A stretch of 63,766 nt of DNA, counting the filler, from Octopus bimaculoides (taxonomy: Eukaryota): assembly GCF_001194135.2 (NCBI RefSeq). It is 7 parts of 5 records of this genome, joined end to end, with 100 filler letters (N's around TTAATTAATTAA, not from the genome) between each part and the next. Parts side by side here need not be neighbours in the genome. Positions count along the whole stretch, not along the records: positions 28,617 to 46,443 come from NC_068991.1; positions 46,544 to 56,132 come from NC_068991.1; 5 more parts are not named here. One strand, 5' to 3'. The position numbers and the translations under genes were made by a program. Under the pieces are notes generated by a model. That model was not told the DNA's origin. It did no database searches and saw only the letters and a program-made list of their open reading frames with translations. This document shows, one piece after another, positions 40,975-53,623 of the stretch. Position 1 is the first letter of the stretch, and each line of letters opens with the position of its first letter.

Positions 40975-41699
40975 TGGATATATATATATATATTTGCACA
41001 CACGCAGTGCGAAAAATGATTTGTTTATGCCACGTGTTAGAGTTGCTCTAATATATTTCAGAAATGTTCTTGTAGAGTGACAAATTCCGACCAAGAATTA
41101 AGTTTTATGTGTTTATTTGAACCTGCACTGCCTTCTTGAAAATATCGCGAAATTAGCGGAAAACTTTATAAAACGTCTTAAGAATTTTCCTACTCCAAGT
41201 AATTAACAAACCACGCAAAGAGAGTAAGAAATGCTTCTCAAAGCAATAATCCTGGTTGAATAGACATTGGAAACTAAATGTAAATTTAATACTCATTAAT
41301 CATGTGGCCTGGGTCACCACTGACCAAAACTTATCAGAAATATCGAAAATATAATGATAGACATTCACAGACAGATAGATAAATAGATAGATAGACATAC
41401 AGTCAGACAGATGGACTAGCAGATAATTAGCATTTCCTGTTACGCTTGAATATAACCACATAACTTGAAGATAATCGAATTTCTTTTACAAACAGAATGA
41501 AACGAGGAAAACTTTTCTTATTACTTAGAATTATTATATAGTTTAATATATTTATTTAAAACTTAGAAAGAATTTCATATTTTCGGAAACAGAATTTTAA
41601 AACCATATTATAGATTTATTATATATATATATATATATATATATGAATTCCACCATTTCCTAACTTAATAAACATAACATGAGAAGGTCGGATATTTAA

Positions 41700-42138
41700 A
41701 ATGATGATTGAGGCACCCTAACACCGTGCTGGGGCATCGACTTCAGAATTTGGTCAAGGAAGTGACACCGGTTCTTATTTTTTAAGCCTGGTATTTATTC
41801 TCTCGGACGCTTTTGCCGAATGGCTAAGTTGCGAGTTTGTCAAGCGATGGTGGCGCGCGCGCACACACATGTGCATGTACGCATATACGCACATACAAGC
41901 ATACACACTTACACATCTATCTATTGATGTGTGTGTATGTGTGTGTATGTGTGTATGTGTGTGTATGTGTGTATGTGTGTGTACAACGGCTTTCCACACA
42001 CTTTTGGACTACTAAATTATTCACTCACAATGCATTTGTAGTCCCGGCGGTATAGAAGAAACTTGCCCAAGATACCGCGCAATGGAATTGAACCCGAAAC
42101 CATGTGATTACAAAGCAGGATTCTTAACTACACGGACT
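41700..42138 (-). mobile_element. SINE family B, near full length, internal (GT)-type microsatellite
   Basis: Head, core and tail blocks match 20940-21630 in reverse. Confidence 0.8.
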
Positions 42139-42343
42139 TACCTTTCTATATTTGTCTCTATCCATTCATAAGTTTCCACATGTCTGTGTGTGAATGTGTA
42201 CATGTATGTATGTACGCACGTACATGTGTATGTATGCATATATGTATGTATGTATGTATGTACATGTGTATGTTTATATGTGTGTATGTATGTACGCTAG
42301 TACGCAATTGCGTATGTATGTATCCATCTATGTACGCACGCAC

Positions 42344-42402
<59 letters not shown>

Positions 42403-44131
42403 TGTATGTATGTATGTATGTATGTATGTATGTATGTATGTGGCTGTAAAGCATTCAACTCCTGACGTCAAATGTTTTCCTTATATGGTTTGAAATTAAG
42501 TCTTAAACTAAATAGTTCTTGCACAATGATGACACCCCTCCCATTATTTCCTTTTACATCCACGATTCCAACAAAACGCCCGGCTTTTCACTTAGGAGTG
42601 ACAATCGATTAAAACGTCAAACATTTCCAAGTAAGGCAACTTAGAAGAATTTATAGAGAACTACAATAAATGGCAAACAGACTGGAATAAATCGGAATAT
42701 GCCAGAATAGAGCGAATCAATTCTCAAAGGAATTTATAATTTTGACCCAACCAGAGAAATCGTGGACAGATGTTCACTTCGTGATTTCAGAAAAAAACAA
42801 TTAAAATGTAGTCTTTAAGGCATATTTTTATTATGGATATCAAACTGGAGAAGTCTGAAGTAATAGAGTAAATCTGACTCTCAAAGCAACGTGAGACTCG
42901 ACAAGTGAAATTAATTTAATATATTAACACCTGCAAACAACTTAAACACTGATACTCCACCTGTTGACGAAGCAAATGTGTTTTTATATACATCATCTGA
43001 CTCAAAATGTACCAAGTAAGTTAAATGTATTACTTTGCTATCAACTCAGGCAAAAATTGTGTCCCTGTTGCTATCAAAGAAGTGAATTCACTAAGAGAAT
43101 TTCATCATCAATTCCAAAACAGCTGGCTCCTCTTAAGACGCATGATTTTCGTCAGTTGAACTTAGCACTAGTAAGCAGGCTGGTTCAAGTGTTGAGCTTA
43201 CCCAAGGCAAGTGTCAGGTCTAAACGCCATTTTGGTTATGCACACAAACACGCCCGCATAAGCATATATATGTTAGACTTCCATTGTAATTTCTTTGAAA
43301 ATTCTTGGAGATTCTATAAATAATTCTTCGTTGTATACCACAAGTTATTTAACCTAGTATAGGCCTCTCAAAACACTGAGAATAAAAAGGAACTAGCTTT
43401 CTAACTTTTCAAACACCATTAATGGAATCTTATCTAACGCAGCTATTTTGGTTCAATAAATGATCAAGAGGAACGCTTTCCTATTTCAGATTGTCGTATG
43501 ACAACTTGTACAGCAGAAGAAATGTAAAGCAGCCATTAAGTTACCTGAAATATGGATTGGTATGATATAGCTCCCAGGAAACAGGAACATTATAATGGAA
43601 GCCTGTAACATAGCTGCCGCGATATCGAACCAAAATAGTCCACGTTTGGTCAGCAATGAACATATAATTTTATACTCAACAAACTTGGTTATCTTCTGGT
43701 CACACATTTAGCGAAGCATTTGCAGATTGCTCTCGTGAAATTAAAATATGCATAAAAAATAACAAATATCTCCTGTAGAACGAAAACTTTGTTTTACGAA
43801 ACTGCCAAATAGTCAATTAATACGCTCAAATACTTCTTGGCAAAGGACCTGTATTGATTTTATTGGTCTGAAATCTTCTTGAACGAGAAATCACGACATA
43901 AGTTACGTTAATGGATAATAAATTCACAAGTCCGCCATCATTTACATTTCAATTGTTAAGTGTTACTACGTCAACAGCTAATACTTGCCTTGAAACTCAG
44001 GTTTTATTACACAAATGATAGACATTTCCTTCCAAATTTAACATTTTATTCATTTTCGCCAAATTTGGAATGTATCACAATCACACAAGACCATGCATCT
44101 TCCGAATGTCACTGCACAATCTACAATATAT

Positions 44132-44366
44132 TTATTTCTTCATTGCCCACAAGGGACTAAACATAGAGGGGACAAACAAGGACAGACAAAGGGATTAAGT
44201 CGCTTACATCGACCCCCAGTGCGTAACTGCTACTTATTTAATCGACCCCGAAAGGATGAAAGGCAAAGTCAACCTCGGTGGAATTTGAACTCAGAACGTA
44301 GCGGCAGAATAAATACCGCTAAGCTTTTCGCCTGGTGTGCTAACGATTCTGCTAGCTCGCTGCTTT
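44132..44366 (-). mobile_element. SINE family A, full length (same tail as 39114 copy)
   Basis: Reverse complement aligns with 39114-39347. Confidence 0.88.
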
Positions 44367-44494
44367 ACAAGCTAAAATATATTACGGAATGATTTGTCAG
44401 ATTGCGAATATTTCACTTGCTTAGATGAGGAAAGATATCTGCTGAATACAAGAGTTGTATCTTCTGTTAACTGAAAATTATTTCCTATCCAGTA

Positions 44495-44751
44495 ATATTC
44501 TTTTTCGTCTCAGTCATTGGATGCGGCCATGCTGGAGTACAAACTCGAAGGATTTAATTGAACAAATTCATCCTAGTCCTTGTCTTAATCCTCGTACAAA
44601 TTGATCCTAGGCCTTGTCTTACGCCTCGTCGAATGTGACCTAGCATTGCGTCAAATTGAGAACAATTTCAAGGTGATAAAACTGTAAACATGTAAACTAT
44701 GTGAAGAAAATAGCATTGTCACATTCAGGGTTTTTTTAGGTACCCCCCTCG

Positions 44752-44788
<37 letters not shown>

Positions 44789-45050
44789 ACTTGGGGATGG
44801 TCATATTGCCAGTTTAGCCAATATATATTCTTTTATTTGTATCACTTATTTGACTGCGGCCATGCTACGGCACCGCCTTAATCGAACAAATTGACCCCAG
44901 GACTTATTCTTTGTACTTAGTTCTTAGTATTCTTAGTACTTACTCTATCGGTCTATTTTGCCGAACCGCTAAGTTACGTGGACGTCAATACACCAACATT
45001 GACTGTCAAGCGTTGGTGGGGGGAGAAACACAAACACACAAATACGTACG
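44495..45050 (-). mobile_element. Two SINE family B 3' fragments (about 44495-44600 and 44826-45050)
   Basis: TGCGGCCATGCT tails; TTTTGCCGAACCGCTAAGTTACG block. Confidence 0.7.
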
Positions 45051-45302
45051 CACAAATATTAGGTTAACCGGAAAGTTCGTGCCGATTTTTAAAGGAAAGA
45101 AAAAGGTGAATAAATACTTGCCATTACATTTTTTTACCAACCAAATATGAACCATTTTGTTGCACAATGTGTCTCCATCTTTCCTTTAACTTGAAAATAC
45201 TCTCTTCCCAGAATTGAGGTGGTTTCATGGCAAATTAGTCGAAAGGTAAGCTACTATAAACCGGCACGAACTTTCCGGACAACCCAATACGCGCGCGCGC
45301 GC

Positions 45303-45340
<38 letters not shown>

Positions 45341-45627
45341 NNNNNNNNNNNNNNNNNNNNNNNNNNNNNNNNNNNNNNNNNNNNNNNNNNNNNNNNNNNN
45401 NNNNNNNNNNNNNNNNNNNNNNNNNNNNNNNNNNNNNNNNNNNNNNNNNNNNNNNNNNNNNNNNNNNNNNNNNNNNNNNNNNNNNNNNNNNNNNNNNNNN
45501 NNNNNNNNNNNNNNNNNNNNNNNNNNNNNNNNNNNNNNNNNNNNNNNNNNNNNNNNNNNNNNNNNNNNNNNNNNNNNNNNNNNNNNNNNNNNNNNNNNNN
45601 NNNNNNNNNNNNNNNNNNNNNNNNNNN

Positions 45628-45830
45628 TATATATGAGAGAATTTACGAAAAAAACAACAGACGAAGACAGGTGGTGTAAACAACAAATGTATTAGTATAA
45701 CGCTCGGGAATAGGGAAAGTCTTTAACGTTTCGAGCCTACGCTCTTCAACTGAAAGGAACCCAGAAAGAAACAAGGAGAGAAAAAATATAAATGTAGTGG
45801 TCAGCGATCTATCATGGCGAATATATATAT
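45628..45830 (-). mobile_element. Second copy of the Penelope-like terminal repeat
   Basis: Reverse complement aligns by eye with about 28720-28912. (TA)n on both sides; the left TA run borders an N gap. Confidence 0.6.
45720..45756 (-). ncRNA. Second, more decayed copy of the same minimal hammerhead-like motif
   Basis: Minus strand: CUUU CAGUUGA A GAGC-guag-GCUC GAAA CGUU AAAG. Same flanking repeat as 28618-28912. Confidence 0.5.
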
Positions 45831-45845
45831 ACATATATATATGTA

Positions 45846-45906
45846 TGCAGTGGGATTGGAGCTGGAACCATGTGGTTGGCAAGCGAGCTTTTTACCATAC
45901 AGCCAC
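45846..45906 (-). mobile_element. SINE family B head fragment
   Basis: GGAACCATGTGGTTGGCAAGCGAGCTT..TACCA.ACAGCCAC. Confidence 0.65.
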
Positions 45907-46320
45907 ATGAACTATGAGGTTAACTAGAAGCGAAATTATGAATTGGGAGTTGCAAGTTATGTGAGGGTAATAGAAAGAACAGATTATAAGTCTATTTAGA
46001 TCAGAAATGCCAACAGTATATTTTCCTTGTACCAATATATTTAATTTAGTTCTTTGCTAACCTTAATGATAAGGTCACAAAAAATATCCAGACAAAAATT
46101 CGATAAAGAAAATGATTTTATATCGGTAAAAATTGGGTGAAACTGTAAAAGAAAAAAGAAAGATAATTGTATGACTGTGAGATAAAAGGAAGGAGATATA
46201 AACAGGGCTGGGAAGAGGGGGAGAATGATGGAAGTAGAATGAGAATTACTTTGATAATATAGTAAATAGATATATAACGAGATTTATCAGCATATTTCAG
46301 GCACGCATACACACACACAT

Positions 46321-46375
<55 letters not shown>

Positions 46376-46390
46376 CACATATATATATAC

Positions 46391-46438
<48 letters not shown>

Positions 46439-47028
46439 GTATANNNNNNNNNNNNNNNNNNNNNNNNNNNNNNNNNNNNNNNNNNNNTTAATTAATTAAN
46501 NNNNNNNNNNNNNNNNNNNNNNNNNNNNNNNNNNNNNNNNNNNATATTGTTTTGTCTTGGTATAAAAGATGGGCTACAGCAAATATTCTGCTCAATACCA
46601 CAGATTTGCTTGTCAGTTGCTTGACCTTAACCAGTTGAGCATGTCCCTTAATGGATGATGTTATATGCATCTCTGATCATGAGCAGAAGTAGTGGGGAAG
46701 CATCATAGCCATGTGTTGAGAGGAATTATTTTGGGTTTGAATAATTCACCTCTGGAAACATGGGTGTTTTGTTCATCATCCTTAAACAAACCTTATTCAA
46801 GGACCTTCTGAGCAGGATGGGCTACTCAACCTGAATAAATTCTAACTGGGCCCCACCTGCAAGGTCATGCGCTATTTATCTTGATATAAGATCACCATGT
46901 TGCGCGCATGTGGTTGTGATGCATGTGCCTGGAGTACCTTTATCAGACGGGTAGTAATGATGGGTATATTGGGCTTCGTATAATTGTACCCCAGTATCAC
47001 TTTGATGGCATGCACTGCTCTTTCACTC

Positions 47029-47078
<50 letters not shown>
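47029..47078. repeat. (TAA)n microsatellite (Dong target)
   Basis: Direct reading; abuts the R4/Dong element. Confidence 0.95.
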
Positions 47079-47080
<2 letters not shown>

Positions 47081-48680
47081 GGGTATGATCTGGGAAGAGG
47101 TAGGGGAAAACTGAACCACTTGCTATTCATGGACCACGTGAAGCTATTCACAAAAACTGAGGCAGAACTGGACAGCCTAGTCTAGTCTGTGCGGATTTTC
47201 TCCAATGTTATTAAGATGGAGTTTGGACTCTCAAAATGTGCTACGATGGTGATAAGACGAGGAAAGCTTGTTAGGACAGAAGGCATATGGTTGCCAAGTG
47301 ATGAAATAATGAAGGCCATTCAACTCAAATCCATCTATAAATACCTGGGAATACTTGAGGCAGATGGAATCAAATACCACGACATGAAGGAAAAGACAAA
47401 AAGAGAGTACTTGCGGTGAGTGAGAAAAATACTGGCTTCGAAGCTGAATGCCAGAAACATAATTTTGGCAATAAACTTGTGCGCAGTCGCAGTAGTTCGG
47501 TATGGCAATGGAATCCTGAAGTGGATAGAGGAGGAGCTAAAGGAGATGGACAAGAAGTCAAGAAAGCTCCTAACGATGTATGAAGCCCATCATCGACGTG
47601 CAGACACTGATCGCCTGCATATGAAGAGAGCAAATGGAGGAAGGAGACTGATAAGTGTGGAAGACTGCATATGTATCGAACTCGAGAGCTTAATGAGATA
47701 CCTAGCCCAAAGTAAGGAAACCTTGCTAGTGACAGTTAGGAACGAGGGAGTATTGAGAGCAGAGAAAAAAGGGAAAATAAAGGAAGAAGTACAAAAAGGA
47801 CATAAAGAAGAGTTATGCAAGTAGGGGCTAAACAATCAATTCCATGTAGCCACAACAGAAGCTGCTGGAAAAAAACAGGTGGGATTGGTTGATGAAAGGA
47901 ACCCTAAAAAAACAAGAGATCGAGAGCACTCTACTGGCAGCGCAAGACCAATCTTTGGCCACGAACTGGGTGGGGGGGGTCAACCTTAGGAATGAGCAAG
48001 TGTCTCCGCTGCGCCGCATCTGCAATCGAGTGGATGAAATCATTGCCCATATCACGAACGAATGCTCTAGATTTTCCCAAAACCACTACAAGTTGTGGCG
48101 ACACGACCAGGTAGCGCAAGTGCTACATTGGAAAGTGTATGAAAAGTGGGAGCTAGAGAGAAGCAAGACGGTATGAGTACAAACCGCAGAGAGTTGCGGA
48201 GTCGGAGACTAGCAAAATCCTCTAGGATTTCCCAATCCAAACAGATCAGGTGCTTGAGCATAACAGACCGAACCTAGTGGTGGTGGACAAGGTGCACCAC
48301 ATATTGTATATAGTTGATGTTGCCTTCCACTTTGACCCACGAATAGTTAAGAAGGAAGGCGAAAAGGTAGATAGATACAACCCTTTAAAGTACGAAATAG
48401 GCCAGCTATGGAAAATGAAGAAGGTGAAGATAGTGCCAATTATTGTTGGGTCCTTGGGAACAGTATCTGAAGGCATCAAGAGGAATATAAAGGAAATTGG
48501 AATAGAGTGCCCAGTAGAACTGTTACAAAAGGTTTGCTTCCTTGGTATGACCAGAATAAGCAAAGAAATATTAGATAGCTGAAAAGAACAAATAGCATGG
48601 AACCATAGGCTGCAGGTAGCAAGCCCGCTACGCATGCAAGGTTCCAGGAGCTCCAACAAGACCTGTGGTAAAGAGAAAGT
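47079..48680 (+). mobile_element. 5'-truncated R4/Dong-clade non-LTR retrotransposon (RT, zinc knuckle, RLE endonuclease)
   Basis: HLLFMDHVKL, MEFGLSKCA, YKYLGI, GGRRL, IIAHITNEC, RHDQVA, RPNLVVVDK..IVDVA and IIVGSLG; several stops and frameshifts. (TAA)n at the 5' side, decayed TAA-rich tail at the 3' side. Confidence 0.92.
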
Positions 48681-48881
48681 AATAATGATGGTAATGATAA
48701 CGATAGTAACGACAATAGTGATAATAGGAAGGACAGGGCCGGTTGTAACTGTAGAGGGGATAGGGAATGTGTTTTAAATAAATCATGTTTAGAAAGGAAC
48801 ATAGTATATGAATGTGCAGCAGTAAGCCGGAACAAAATTTACAATTATATAGGATGCTGCGCCACGACATTTAAGCTCCGA

Positions 48882-49023
48882 TATTCTTTTCTACTCTAGG
48901 CATAAGGCCTAAAATTTCGGGGAAGGGGGCCAGTCGATTAGATCGACCCCAGTACACAACTGGTACTTAATTTATCGACCTCGAAAGGATGAAAGGCAAA
49001 GTCGACCTCGGCGGAATTTGAAT
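48882..49023 (-). mobile_element. SINE family A, alternative tail, 5'-truncated
   Basis: Very similar to 50992-51130; begins at TTCAAATTCCGCCGAGG. Confidence 0.85.
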
Positions 49024-51470
49024 TGATACCTGGAATGTGTCATACAGTCATGCCATAGGTTCTTCCAATCTGTTTGGTCCATTTTCTATGAATCTCTTCT
49101 TCAATTGATTCCTGAGTCTTTTTTTAACACCTTTTCTGCTTTTAATTCCGTTCATCATTTTCCCCTGTGTACTTTGTAATTTTTCCTTCTTCCCAGTATT
49201 GTTTTCCGTTTTGTACGACCTCATGTATCGCCAATTTTGAAAAATTTTGGATTTTCTTTCCTGTTACTTTTTCTTTCCTCGCCGGGTAACAGTTTACCAA
49301 AAACTAATTTCACCTACTCGCGAACATCAGTTCTGCTGGTGAGCTTCCTGCTGGTGTATTGGGGTTCGGTGTCACCCGTATATGCTTAGGAATTGCGACA
49401 GAACGACTTCGTCTGTGGTTTCCTTGTTTGCTTTTCTCAAAGCTCTTTAAAAAATGTCCACAACACGCTCTGATTCTCCATTTGATCTGGGATGGTAAGG
49501 CGCTATCGTTTTATATTCTACTGTGAACATTTCGCAGAATTTTCTAAATTTACTGGACACAAATTGTGTTCCATTATCAGATATAATCATGTCTGGGATG
49601 CCAAATCTTGCGAATAATTCGTGCAAAAAAATTATTACTGTTTCAGAGGTTGGTCTTTTGTACTTAACAATTTGCGTCCATTTTATAAAACTGTCAACTA
49701 CTACTAAGTAGTAATAACCATTAAACGGGCCAACAAAATCGATATGTAGTCTTATCCATAGGCTTTTTACTTCTGGCCAAGACTCCCATTTTTTAGTGCA
49801 ATTTCGCTGCCAGAGCACATCTTCTGCAGCCTTTTATTACATTTTCAACTTCCTTGTCTATCTTCGGCCAATACACATAACTGTGCATAAGCGCTTTCAT
49901 CCTTACGATCCCCGGATGTCCAATATGGAATTCTTCCAACATTCTTTTTTGTAAAGTCTCAGGTATCACTACCCCTCGGCCATACATCAGCACGCCGCCG
50001 GATGTTGAATATATGTTTACCTGTTGCTGTCTTTTTTTTTTTTTTACCAAACCTGTTTTTGTTTTCTTTAGCTGACCACAGGGTTTTTTGTTTCATTAAT
50101 GAACTTATCTTTTGACACGTATCGCTTTATCTCCTCCAGAATTATTAGTAACTCTCATACAATATTCCACATTGTGTTTAATTTTCCCTCCGGCTCTTAG
50201 GGCTGCAATATTACTGTGTTCTTCAATGGCTCGCCATTTCTGGATAGGCCGTCAGCATGTCCTAGCTTTTTCAAAGGTAAATATTCCATTGCATAGTCGT
50301 AGCTCTGTAGTATGGTGCCCCATCACTGCAATCTGTTTGCTGTATGTACTGGGATTCCTTTCTTGGGTACATAAATCTTTACCAACGGGTGACGGTCTGT
50401 TTGTAGTCTAAACTGTCTACCATGTATAAACCTGTAGAACTTTTTTATGCCAAATATAATCGTAAATGCCTCTTTTTCAATTTAGCTATAATTTTTTTTC
50501 CGCTGGCAATAGCGTCCTTGACGTGTGAGCTATGGCTTTTGGCTACCATCTTCACTTTTGTGTAGGAGTATGGCACCTATCCCCAAATCACCAACATATG
50601 TTGCCATTATCGTTTCCAACTTCGGATCGAAGTGTGTAAGTGACAAGTCTGAAGTTAACATGCTTTTTACTTCCTCAAATGCCTTCTGACATTTTTTTTA
50701 CCAAAACCATTTGGTATCCTTTTTTAACAGCTCGTTTAGTGGAGCACTTGTGTATGTTTCGGATATATACTTGATTGTAGTTTACCAAGCCTAAAAATGC
50801 TTGTAACAATTTGACGTTTGTTGGGGGAGGTATATTCCGTATTGCCATCGCCCTTGATGGGTCTGGCCTCTGTCCCTTTTCCTCAATTACTTGACCTAAA
50901 TATTTGATTTTTTCNNNNNNNNNNNNNNNNNNNNNNNNNCCGAATGCTTTTTTGTTCGAAGTGTTGCTCCCCTGACTCGCTCTTTATCAGATTATCCTTT
51001 TCTACTCTAGGCACAAGGCCCGAAATTTTGGGAGAGGGGTCCAGTCGATTATATTGACCCCAGTACACAACTGGTATTTAATTTATCGATCCCGAAAGGA
51101 TGAAAGGCAAAGTCGACCTCGGCGGAATTTGAACTCAAAACGTAAAGGCAGACGAAATACCGCTAAGCATTTCGGCCGGTGTGATAACGTTTCTGCCAGC
51201 TCGCCGCCTTTTTTTTTTTTATCAGAATATCATCGAGATAAGCAATAACGAAGTTGCAGTCATTTAACATTGCGTCCATTACGGCAAGTGCCACTTTTAC
51301 TCCGAAAGAAAGCCGCTTGAGTTTATACAATCCACGGTGTATGTTGATTGTTAAAATGTGTGCGCAATCTTCCTCTGCCTGTATCTGTAGAAACACTACT
51401 TTCATTATTCACACATCGACACTCTCGTAATGCAGAACTTTGTAATTTTGGTTGAAATTGAAAGTGTGAA
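49024..51470 (-). mobile_element. Gypsy (Mag-like) LTR retrotransposon pol remnant: RT, RNase H, integrase
   Basis: IAYLDDILI; KYLGQVI; FLGLVNY; EKEAFTIIFGIKKF; HADGLSR; FHIGHPGIVRMKAL..YVYWP; RLHIDFVGP...ISDNGTQF...APYHPRSNGESER. No LTRs seen. Confidence 0.92.
50992..51217 (-). mobile_element. SINE family A, alternative-tail variant, inserted in Gypsy RT with 9-bp TSD
   Basis: TSD TTTATCAGA at 50983-50991 and 51218-51226; removing the insert restores YLDDILIKSES. Confidence 0.9.
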
Positions 51471-53235
51471 ACTCTCACCGTGCTCTTCATTTAGATTGCC
51501 AAGATACTCCGGGAAATAGTCGAGGTGTGAGTGAAGAAAGTGTATTTTAACACTCATGTTGCACCCAAGCTTTTTGAAGTTTTGTAACATGGTATCAACT
51601 ATGACTTTGTAATTTGAACACTTATTGCTTCCAAAACTTTCTCGACAACACCCTTGAAGCACACCTATGCCTATTTTTGAGATTCATTCATGGATTTCTC
51701 ATAATCTGGACAAACAAATATTCCTGCTTTAATTTTCTCACTGGTTATATTTGGGAATTTTTTTGAGAGATACTGCAAACATTTTCCATCTGCAGGCAAA
51801 GCTGTAACGAACTGTTTCATCAAACTCAGTTTGATGTGCAAAGGTGGTCGCAGTAATTGTGTAGGTTCAATCAAGAGCTCGTGCAGAATATATTTTGATT
51901 CAGGTGATAATCGACTCCTTTGTGGCCAGTTTTTAACCATCCAGTGCCTTTCTTTAGCTCTGCTGTACCAGTCACATAAGAAACATGGCTTTTTGTGTAG
52001 CCTACCTGCTGGCCAAAATGCACGCCTATAATTTTGAAATCTCCACACATTTGCCAGTGGTATTTTATATTTAACAATTTTGTTTTCACATTTTCATACG
52101 ACTCCTTTAGTGGTACAGAATGTGCCACTGGAATGGATGAATACTTATTTCCATTGTGTAGCAAGACAGCCTTCAAACTCCTTTTGGAGGAATCAATGAA
52201 TAGCTCTAGATCTCAAAATAGTTTAGCAGGTTTGGAATATTATAGCAAAACACCACTGATTCATCCTCAGCAAAGAATGGTAACGACTTGTGTTCCCTGT
52301 GACGATAACAAGAGAAAAAGGTTCCCAGTAACAAAAGCTTTTACATTTTTAGCCTAGAACCAAGAAGTTCTGCTGTATCCTTTGGGAGGTTCGAATCTCT
52401 CACCAAATCATTCAGCTCTTCCTGTGTAAATAACTGCAGACTTTCGATTTCGTCGGGAGTGTAGTCATCTCTTTCTTCTTCACATTTGTCTTCTTTATCA
52501 CTATCTGATGTAACATTCTTCATAACAAGTGGGTGGGGAAGGAACTGGAATGTCAACCCCATATCCAATAGGCCGTATAGCTGACAGAATACTTTGATAC
52601 ACTATCTTATGTCTATTGTTTGTACAGTACCCATCAACTTTAGTAATGCAGAATTAAGAATCGTCAACGTAGTTACTCGGCTCTCGCCACATCAGCATTC
52701 CAAAGGGCATTTCTTTTTTTCTAACCAGCTCCTCAACAAAAATGTGACATACTTTGTGAGGAGTCCAGGGTTTGTCTTCATCACCGAGTTTAACATCAAA
52801 ATAAGCGAAGTATAGATTTTTTACTAGATCAGTTATATTGTCTCTGCTTAATGACAACATACCTGCCACAAATGGAGCAGAATGTCTGGATTGTTCACGC
52901 ACTTATTTTAAAAGGAGTTTATATGTGCACTAAAGCATCAGTTAGCTATCGTGTACACAGCTTTTCAAGGTCACATCATCTGTCAGAGTTGCCAACGACT
53001 ATTTAATAAACTTTATATCGGTTGCTATTTTACCTTTACTAATATTAGGTCAGCACTGGTTTATAGCAATCTATTTTGCTGAGCAAAATAAATCAGATGA
53101 TCACTGTCATCTGATTCTCTGATACCATAATACAGAAAAAAAAAACAAAGCTTTATTTCGGAAAAACTAGACGTGATGGTGAAAAACTACTAACAAATCT
53201 GAAATCAGCGTAAAAAATTGCTTCAAACAGTTATG
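51471..53235 (-). mobile_element. Chapaev (Chapaev3-like, CMC superfamily) DNA transposon, 3'-truncated and frameshifted
   Basis: LGDEDKPWTPHKVC...MPFGM.MWREP; ELNDLVRD.NLPKDTAELLGSRLK; LKAVLLHNGNKYSSIPVAHS; PPLHIKLSLMKQFV; VKIHFLHSHLDYFPEYLG..NEEHGE. Confidence 0.85.
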
Positions 53236-53549
53236 TAGACATTTAAACATAGAAAATCATGCTGAGTTATGTTATTATTAGCGATGCTGCTGCTGCTATT
53301 TCTGTTAGAGTTGCTACTGTTGCCATTGATACTGCCATTCTTACTACTGCAGTAGTAGTTGGGAAAGCTGCTGCAGCCATTAGGGGCAGATATCACCTCA
53401 GCTCCGTAAACGACCTCTTTGGTTTCGCATTGCCTCCCGTAATGTGTGTTCTTGCCCCACTTCATTCTGTTCTAAGATGTGTATCCTTATGTGCGCATGT
53501 GTTTGTGTCCTTGTCCGTGTGTGTCCTTGTCCGTGTGTGTCCGTGTGTG

Positions 53550-53623
<74 letters not shown>

